Shown here one piece after another: positions 58,901 through 64,000 of a stretch of DNA of 64,000 nucleotides (the stretch's first letter is position 1; every line of letters begins with the position of its first letter). The notes below the pieces were generated by a model. The model was given only the letters and a program-made list of their open reading frames with translations. It was not told the DNA's origin and searched no databases. The DNA comes from Raja brachyura (taxonomy: Eukaryota), in NCBI GenBank assembly GCA_963514005.1, contig OY740792.1:36642001-36706000 (forward strand), read 5' to 3'. The position numbers and the translations under genes are program-made.

Positions 58901-61895
58901 CCTTGTGTGTAGGATAGTGTTCGTGTATGGGGTAGCTTGTCGCCGTGGACTAAGTGGGCTGACGGGACTGTTTCTGCGCTGTAACTAAATGTAAAGTCTA
59001 AATACCAACACAATATAACCTAATAGGTATAAATAGGTTGTATATATTTAACCTATTTAATATATAATAGGTTAATGATTGATATAACCTTTGATATTAA
59101 TTTTATGTTTGTATATAAACCTTAACCTTTTAAGGTTATATCCAGTCTGGTTATCTTTTCAACAGGTTTAATGTAGTTAAAATAGGCTTCTCAGCTAAAA
59201 TGGAATCCTCTGCTGACAGAATTCATCGAATAAGGTGGCTCGCTTAGAAAAACAATTAGTGCTGAGAAAAATAATCTTGCTTACTTGGAAGAGTAAATCC
59301 TGAGGCTTCAGACCATGCAGCCTCAAGGCCAAAGGGAAGTAGACGAGACAAACTTTCCTTCCCAGAGACATCGGGATTAGCTCAACTAAATAATTCCTGT
59401 TCCCATACCTAGTCTAAGAAAACATTGTTGACTGTTGTGTGCATATTAGCGATGTAGTGCAGGCTTATTCAGTATAAGTACATACTGCAAATTAGCTCAC
59501 TGGACTTCACCTCGAACTGGGATCTGGAAGGGTGCCAGGACCCACAAATTCTCTCAGCAAGGCCGCTGTCTAAGGAATGTTTTGACTAGTTCACTATTGC
59601 CAGACAGAAGTGTGGTTTTGCTTTTTTTCAGTGGTAAACTAGCTAAGACTAAGCAGAAAAATCCAAGCCACTGTACACAGAACCGTACGGCACAGGAACA
59701 GGCCCATCAGCAATGTCTGTGCCAAAAATGATGCCAAGTTAAACTAATCTCCACTGATTAGTTTATGCACATGATCCTGCACATCCACGTGCCAATCTAA
59801 AAGTATCTTAAACGCCACTACTACCCCTGACAGCGCATTCCGAGCACCCACCACTCTCTGTGCAAAAACTAAAAACATCTTCTTTGAACTTTGCCCAACA
59901 TTGTTCAACATGCAGGTTTTCACGAAAGTCTTGCAAATTCCTGCACATTTATGGTACAGGGAGAAAAAATCGTGCTATAAACATATTGCCTGCCATTTTC
60001 AGATATCAAGTCTTACAAAACCACAACTTCAGGGCTGCAACTTAATGAACGGGAGAGACATAGTAAGTTTACTTGCATTCGCAACAAATGTCAGCAAGAT
60101 TGGACTGAAAGCAGTGCAAAGAGGTAATAAAAAACAGACATTTATACCCAGATCTGTCCCATAACTGCACTCCAATAAAGGAGTTATGACCAGGTCAATG
60201 TAGAAGTCAATAATAATTTGCTGAAAACCTCTTGGTTCTAACAACATGCTTATCCAGGCCCACCACCGACTTTCCACCAGCCTTAGTTTCAGAACCTTTC
60301 TGGATTATCTGTTCTGCCAGCTCCGGCTGGGCTGGAGTTCCAGATCCTCGGCCACAGGATGGAAATTCGACCCACCGATCGGCGCGGACGTCCCGGTGAG
60401 GTCGAGATCGGCCGCCTCACCCGGCCTAGGCTCCACATTTTCAGTGGGACTTCCAAGGAGGGATTTCAAGTGCGATGTACGTTTGTTCAGATTAAAGGAG
60501 GTGCCAGACCATCAGTTACCGGAAAATCAGTGGTGGACAGGTGGTGTGTACAGGTGTCAGAATAATATCCCTCAGGAAGGACAAAGGAAGCTAAAACATC
60601 GCAACACCACATTATTATATACTGGTATCTGCATGCCTAGTTTTTTTGTTATCTGTTTTTAAGGGCCTGTCCCACTTGGGCATAATTTGTGCGTCATTTA
60701 CGCGACATCCTAAAAATTGGTTGGCGCTCGTGGCGTGTGGCGAGGCATGGTGGTGTATGCAGTGACGCACGGTAACGCGCGGTGCTTCCCTTTCGCCCCA
60801 GGATTTTGGAATGTTCAAAATCCTCCCGCGCCACTTGCGTGACGTTTCCTTTGCGCACACTGACGTACCGATAGCGTACGCTGACGTACTGATGGTGTAC
60901 GTGTAGCGCGTGGTGATGCATGGTTATGCATGGTGACGCACAAACATTGCCTATGTCAATTTATTATGCGTCACCGTGCATCAACGTCCGTAATCATGCG
61001 TCGCCCCGCGCACGTCACTTGAACGCCGCACCATGTGATCACCCAGGTATAAAGCGCGACGAGTTTTGAAATTTTTTTCACTGGGAAACTCCTTGCCATT
61101 GTGACTGGCGCTACTTGGCACGCGACTGTCGTACTGCTAGACGATTTTCGCACGACAGTCGCACATCAGTCACTACCGGCCTGTCGAGTAAATGACGCAG
61201 AAATGACACCCAAGTGGGACAGGCATTTGATTTAAGGCAACAAACAGATTTAGAATTTAATTAAAAAGTTATTTATGCTCACTCAGTAAATGCACACAGA
61301 GACTGTTCACTGATTAATTTTGTTTCGTTTGGAGACAACAGCATTGATATTTGCCACACATTGTTTCTAGGTTTAGCGCAGTTCAGTTTGGAAATACAGC
61401 ATAGAAACAGGCCCTTCGGCCCACTGATTCCACTCAGACCATCACTCGTTCACACAAGTTCTAATTTATCCCACTTTGCATTAGGTGGCAATTTACTGAG
61501 ATCAATTAACTTACAAACCCGCATGTGTTTGCGATGTGGGATGTGGAAACTGGAGGAAACCCATGCAGTCACAGGGAGAACGTGCAAACTCCACACACAC
61601 AGACAGCACCCGAGATCTCTGGCAGTGTGAGACATCGGCTCTACCAGCTGCGATGTTTTAACTGGTATTCAACTTTCTTGTTCCAATTATAATACTCGAT
61701 GAAACTTTTAATTTCACAGATAGCAGAGCCAACCGTAAAACTAGCGGGATTTACCTTGGTGTTGTCATTGTTAATCCCCGAGTGGGAAATAGGCTGGAAA
61801 CGGCTGTCCTCTCCACTGATCACCAAAGTCAATTCCTGAACGATGTTGTAAACTTCTTCCTCGATCTTTGAAACCTTTTGGCGACGCAAGTCCAC
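31704..61895 (-). CDS. MAB21L3: MAB21L3 (mab-21-like 3; Mab-21/cGAS-like nucleotidyltransferase fold), spliced CDS join(61895-61755,49315-49024,39207-39026,35194-35000,31937-31704), 5'-partial
   Basis: Five exons (141, 292, 182, 195, 234 bp; 1044 bp) with AG/GT boundaries and matching phases give an open 347-aa frame. It is collinear with human MAB21L3 as recalled (VDLRRQ..., [91 protein letters not shown]). The ~16-aa N-terminal exon was not located. Confidence 0.95.
32170..32432 (-). mobile_element. HE1-type SINE (intronic)
   Basis: Reverse complement of SINE consensus. Confidence 0.75.
33340..34010. mobile_element. Penelope 3' UTR/pLTR remnants (nested units 33413-33490, 33560-33693, 33940-34005)
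   Basis: Repeated pLTR sequence and degenerate ctgaagaa...aaacgtcacc. Confidence 0.65.
35000..35194 (-). CDS. MAB21L3: MAB21L3 coding exon ([65 protein letters not shown])
   Basis: Acceptor ctggcag|TCT at 35194, donor CAG|gtaatc at 35000; 195 bp, phase 0/0. Confidence 0.95.
35322..35625 (+). mobile_element. HE1-type SINE (intronic)
   Basis: Full head-core-tail. Confidence 0.85.
35997..36208 (-). mobile_element. Partial pogo/Tigger-like MITE (same family as 60255-60541)
   Basis: Ends ggaaaatcagtggtggacctg|TA; internal GC-rich part is the reverse complement of ~60305-60385. Confidence 0.6.
37903..38008 (-). ncRNA. Penelope pLTR unit with candidate type I hammerhead ribozyme (37962-38006), sense to MAB21L3 pre-mRNA
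   Basis: Minus strand: GUGUAGGU-CUGAAGA-A-GGGUC-CU-GAUCU-GAAA-C-GUC^AUCUAUGC; core intact, flanks can pair as stem I. Confidence 0.55.
38305..38628 (-). mobile_element. CR1-type LINE 3' fragment
   Basis: Same sequence as 1722-2020 and 42785-43100. Confidence 0.8.
38640..38935 (-). mobile_element. HE1-type SINE (intronic)
   Basis: Reverse complement of SINE consensus. Confidence 0.85.
39026..39207 (-). CDS. MAB21L3: MAB21L3 coding exon ([60 protein letters not shown])
   Basis: Acceptor cccacag|GA at 39207, donor AAG|gtatga at 39026; 182 bp, phase 1/0. This frame is absent from the ORF track and was translated by hand. Confidence 0.93.
39235..40950 (-). mobile_element. Cluster of Penelope-like retroelement 3' remnants incl. 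decayed GIY-YIG endonuclease (40640-40950; also ~39580-39660)
   Basis: ORFs 40749..40988 and 40516..40956 give [51 protein letters not shown], typical of PLE GIY-YIG C-termini; each is followed by a G-rich (+ strand) UTR and a pLTR unit. Confidence 0.85.
41010..41522 (+). mobile_element. HE1-type SINE with a nested CR1 3' fragment (~41205-41462)
   Basis: SINE breaks at gggtgatag and resumes at tgatagctggtgagtcagtgggtcgaagggcc; CR1 tail cctcctcctgcacctattttctacgtatctatgtttctat in between. Confidence 0.8.
42227..42434. mobile_element. Inverted Penelope pLTR pair with hammerhead core on minus strand (42325-42358)
   Basis: gacacaaagtgctggagcaactcagc... / ...gctgagctgctccagcactttgtgt. Confidence 0.8.
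42785..43100 (-). mobile_element. CR1-type LINE 3' fragment
   Basis: ggagcagaattaggccattcggccc... family tail. Confidence 0.8.
43221..43234. promoter_or_regulatory. RFX X-box-like palindrome GTTGTCATAGCAAC
   Basis: Fits the X-box consensus (GTTRYC-AT-RGYAAC) in non-repeat intronic DNA; motif match only. Confidence 0.35.
43551..44785 (+). mobile_element. CR1-type LINE RT fragment with ~135-bp internal insertion (43860-43993)
   Basis: ORFs 43537..43854 and 43938..44612 ([27 protein letters not shown]). Confidence 0.93.
44815..44968. mobile_element. Inverted Penelope pLTR pair
   Basis: aaaaaaggcacaaag... / ...gcactttgtgtcctttttt. Confidence 0.75.
45045..45595 (+). mobile_element. CR1/HER1-like LINE 3' fragment
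   Basis: ORF 45061..45342; tail gcctgtttccacgctgtatcactctatgact. Confidence 0.88.
46760..46990 (-). mobile_element. Rex1/Babar-like LINE RT remnant
   Basis: Minus translation [22 protein letters not shown]. Confidence 0.6.
47672..48160 (-). mobile_element. CR1/HER1-like LINE 3' fragment
   Basis: ORF 47969..48265 ([35 protein letters not shown]); tail at 47672. Confidence 0.88.
48690..48990 (+). mobile_element. HE1-type SINE, ends ~35 bp from a MAB21L3 splice donor
   Basis: ggcagcacggtggcgcagcggtaaag head; taaactaaa tail. Confidence 0.88.
49024..49315 (-). CDS. MAB21L3: MAB21L3 coding exon ([19 protein letters not shown]...[11 protein letters not shown])
   Basis: Acceptor tttctcttag|GTT at 49315, donor CAAG|gtaggc at 49024; 292 bp, phase 0/1; overlaps ORF 48998..49288. 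Confidence 0.95.
49733..49932. mobile_element. Inverted Penelope pLTR pair
   Basis: ctggagtaactgagcaggtcaggcagcatc / gatgccgcctgaccagctcagttactcca. Confidence 0.8.
50272..50745. mobile_element. Harbinger-type MITE, ~45-bp perfect TIRs, TTA TSD, CpG-rich (young)
   Basis: TTA|agggcctgtcccactagcgcgcgattagacgcgacaagcgcgac ... gtcgcgcttgtcgcgtctaatcgcgcgctagtgggacaggccct|TTA. Confidence 0.92.
50965..51265 (-). mobile_element. HE1-type SINE (intronic)
   Basis: Reverse complement of SINE consensus. Confidence 0.88.
51287..51430. mobile_element. Short Harbinger-type MITE (144 bp), TAA TSD
   Basis: TAA|agggcctgtcccacttggg ... cccaagtgggacaagccct|TAA; shortened relative of 60662-61227. Confidence 0.9.
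52205..52400. mobile_element. Inverted Penelope pLTR pair with hammerhead core on + strand (52315-52345)
   Basis: gtCTGAAGAagagtccaacccGAAACGTCac; arms gtgctggagtaactca / tgagttactccagcac. Confidence 0.8.
53010..54938 (+). mobile_element. CR1/HER1-like LINE, 5'-truncated, decayed RT
   Basis: ORFs 53144..53692 ([31 protein letters not shown]) and 54081..54686; tail gggctgaagggcctgtttccacactgtatcactctatgactct. Confidence 0.95.
55477..56157. mobile_element. Harbinger-type MITE with TAA TSD, carrying a Penelope pLTR palindrome; inserted in a CR1 3' fragment
   Basis: TAA|agcccctgtcccacttacgtgtccttggc ... gccaaggacacgtaagtgggacaggccct|TAA; flanks rejoin as CR1 gattagtaa-tggtgtcaaagg. Confidence 0.9.
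55594..55796. mobile_element. Near-perfect ~200-bp inverted Penelope pLTR pair, hammerhead-like cores on both strands
   Basis: aatttgaagatggacac...cttcttcag|t|ctgaaagaag...gtgtctatcttcaattt. Confidence 0.88.
56217..57699 (+). mobile_element. Tc1-like transposon (1483 bp), ~210-bp TIRs, TA TSD, defective transposase (~56574-57450)
   Basis: TA|cagtgccctccataatg ... cattatggagggcactg|TA; translation [17 protein letters not shown]..., [42 protein letters not shown] with stops and deletions. Confidence 0.95.
58365..58480 (-). mobile_element. Penelope pLTR unit
   Basis: gaaggaactgcagatgctgg...ggtgacgtttcgggttgagacc. Confidence 0.75.
58695..59000 (+). mobile_element. HE1-type SINE (intronic)
   Basis: Head-core-tail. 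Confidence 0.85.
60255..60541. mobile_element. pogo/Tigger-like MITE with imperfect TIRs
   Basis: caggcccaccaccgactttcc ... ggaaaatcagtggtggacagg; TSD not clean. Confidence 0.55.
60662..61227. mobile_element. Harbinger-type MITE, CpG-rich
   Basis: TTA|agggcctgtcccacttggg...gcgtcatttac ... gtaaatgacgc...cccaagtgggacaggc; right terminus slightly decayed. Confidence 0.88.
61370..61652 (-). mobile_element. HE1-type SINE (intronic)
   Basis: Reverse complement of SINE consensus. Confidence 0.8.
61755..61895 (-). CDS. MAB21L3: MAB21L3 coding exon ([47 protein letters not shown])
   Basis: Acceptor ...atgacag|GTG at 61895, donor AAG|gtaaat at 61755; 141 bp, phase 0/0. Confidence 0.93.
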
Positions 61896-62502
61896 CTGTC
61901 ATGGAAAGACGTGAGATGATTCCAACTCCCCCCAGCCCCCAAACTCATGAACACGTCCTGAATCAAAATATATTGGTGGACATGGCGATATACTTGTGTT
62001 TAAAACATTTTCTTTATCTTTATTCATAATTTACGTGTACAAATATATTTAATCTGAGACAGGCAGCCACTATATCCGTGTAATGTGGGCTGATGATTTA
62101 CCTACAAGCGGTGTGAATGTACCATTAAGGCAAAGATTCATCTCCGAGGAAAACTGAGTACAGGTTTGGACCTGTGAAGGAGCCGCCAATCTAATAGAAG
62201 ACATTTAACTGAGAAAAGCCTGTCCTTCAGTATTGGATAGAGTGAGTGGAGGGTCTGTGCTGTTGCAAGTTTGCGATGGTTGCGTTTCCCCCAGCCATCT
62301 CTCCCAGTGCACGTTGACCAGCACAGTTCGCCAGCCCTTGTTAGCAGAGGTGTTACCCAAAACCCAAATGTTTTGTGGAGGTTCTGCGTTAGGATCGGGC
62401 ATGCAGCGTGCTAGCGATGAGATTAGCCCAGGTTGCCGAGTGGCCGAAGGGCGGATTTTAATGGGTCATTATTCAACTGTTCCGTCTGTGCAGCATCACC
62501 AG

Positions 62503-62527
62503 TTCTCTCTCTCTCTCTCTCTCTCTC
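62503..62527. repeat. (CT)n microsatellite (another at ~36287-36306)
   Basis: Directly visible. Confidence 0.9.
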
Positions 62528-63431
62528 CCAGATCTCCCACCCCAACTGTTGACAAAGTCTGACTGAGAAACTGCTCCCACTCATATTATGGGATGGCTCC
62601 GCGTTTGTCCACTCGCTGTGGTGGGCGGCGCCTTCTTCAAAGAGAGCGAGAACAGGTCCCATCAGCTGGGGAGCTGCGACCCACTCCTGAGTGAAGCCTC
62701 CAGTTTGGCTGCGGTTTAAATGGCTGCAAATTCTCATAATTATCAGCACCCGGTCACGCGGACCCGGATCCCATCTGTGTACCCTGACAGACTGGAACCA
62801 ACCCCAGAGGTTAAAGCGACAGCATCTTTATTTAAGCCAACCCACCTCGAAAGTTTAACCAGCCTATTTGAATCCAATCTGAACTTTCCAACCTACCCCC
62901 ACACAGCACATTCTCCTCGTTTCCTTCAATCCAGGAAGGTTGTTTAGATAGGAATGTAAGGACTGTCTCAAATTGGTTGACCACACAACTTGTAATTTGT
63001 GTAAATCAATATTAATTTTGAATGGCTGTGACTCAGGCTAATGCCAGGGATTTGATAATTGACAGGTTTGTTCCAGACATTCATGCGTTTTCATGGCTGG
63101 TGCTGCATTGAGTCAATAATTTAAATAGATACAATTGTGGATTTGTGCAGCCTGCAGTACACTGTGGCCTACCGCTGACATATTTGACGGCTACATTTAT
63201 TTATAAATCTCATTGAAATGAATACGCAGGTCCTTACACACACAGTAGCTCAGCTGGCGAGAGTGTTTATCCCGAATGATCCATGTCCTGGGCATGCGCA
63301 GTTGTAATACCAAACTCGCTTATAGGCCTTTAAGAAAATGTCAGGACTCTACATTTTTAAACTTGAAGTATACAAGGTGGCGTTAGAAATGTGGCGACTC
63401 ATGTGTACTTCAGTGTAATTTACTATTTACT

Positions 63432-63722
63432 TTAAACTTTAGGGATACAGTGTCAAACAGGCCCTTTCGACCCACTGTGTCAGCGTTGACCAGCGATCAC
63501 GCCTACACTAGCACTATCCTACACACTAGGGACAATTTACACTATTTAATGAAACCAATTAACTTACAAACCAGCATGTTTTTAGAGTGTGGGAGGAAAC
63601 TGGAGCAAACCCATGCGGTCATACGGAGAACGTACAAACTTCGTACAGAGAGCGCCCATAGTCGGGATCGAACACAGTGGTAGAGTTGGTGCCTGTGAGG
63701 CAGCAACTCTACCACTGTGCCT
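63432..63722 (-). mobile_element. HE1-type SINE
   Basis: Reverse complement of SINE consensus. Confidence 0.8.
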
Positions 63723-63729
63723 CCACAAG

Positions 63730-63876
63730 TCTCTAACTTTTAGGGCTAAGGGAATCAAGGGATATAGGGAAAAATCGGAATGGGGTACGGATTTTGGATG
63801 ATCAGCCATGATCATATTGAATGGCAGTGCTGGCGCAAAGGGCCGAATGGCCTACCTCTGCACCTATTTTCTATGT
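63730..63876 (+). mobile_element. CR1-type LINE 3' end
   Basis: ggaatcaagggatatagg...gggccgaatggcctacctctgcacctattttctatg. Confidence 0.85.
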
Positions 63877-63909
63877 AAAAGCCAGATATTGGCCCAAGGA
63901 GATGTGTAA

Positions 63910-64000
63910 TCTATATTGCTAAAAGTCTGATCTTGACCACTTCCTGTTGTTCTGTACATTGATTTTAGAAAAAACGCTGCCACTTACGGCAGTGATTTTT
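63910..64000 (+). mobile_element. Helitron-like element 5' end (runs off window)
   Basis: A|TCtatattgctaaaagtctgatcttgaccacttcctg, nearly identical to 8679-8769. Confidence 0.75.

Noticed and set aside
62101-62204. Possible first coding exon of MAB21L3 (minus-strand ATG TCT TCT...CAG|gtccaa at 62204-62172, or ATG AAT CTT...G|gtaaat ending 62101)
   Set aside because: The first has a poor donor and no resemblance to the MAB21L3 N-terminus; the second ends in phase 1 while the next exon needs phase 0.
62423-62749. Minus-strand ORF upstream of MAB21L3
   Set aside because: No recognisable homology, runs through a (CT)n microsatellite, no convincing donor.

Overview
Repeat-rich vertebrate genomic DNA, most likely a cartilaginous fish (skate/ray-like). 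The repeat content points there: HE1-type tRNA-derived SINEs, two CR1/HER1-like LINE families, Rex1/Babar and RTE remnants, Penelope remnants, Harbinger, Tc1, pogo/Tigger-type MITEs and Helitrons. One host gene is supported: MAB21L3 (Mab-21/cGAS-like fold) on the minus strand. Five coding exons have canonical GT-AG sites and a continuous frame (61895-61755, 49315-49024, 39207-39026, 35194-35000, 31937-31704; 347 aa). The short first coding exon was not found and probably lies beyond base 64000. Bases 1 to ~31200 are 3' intergenic sequence. The most striking unannotated signal is a dispersed ~100-bp Penelope pseudo-LTR unit (>20 copies). It carries a minimal type I hammerhead ribozyme core (CUGAAGA-A-stem II-GAAA-CGUC, palindromic ACGU stem III) and usually occurs as ~190-bp inverted pairs. 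Several core-intact copies lie in the sense orientation inside MAB21L3 introns. All calls were made by eye; repeat boundaries are approximate unless a TSD or terminus is given.
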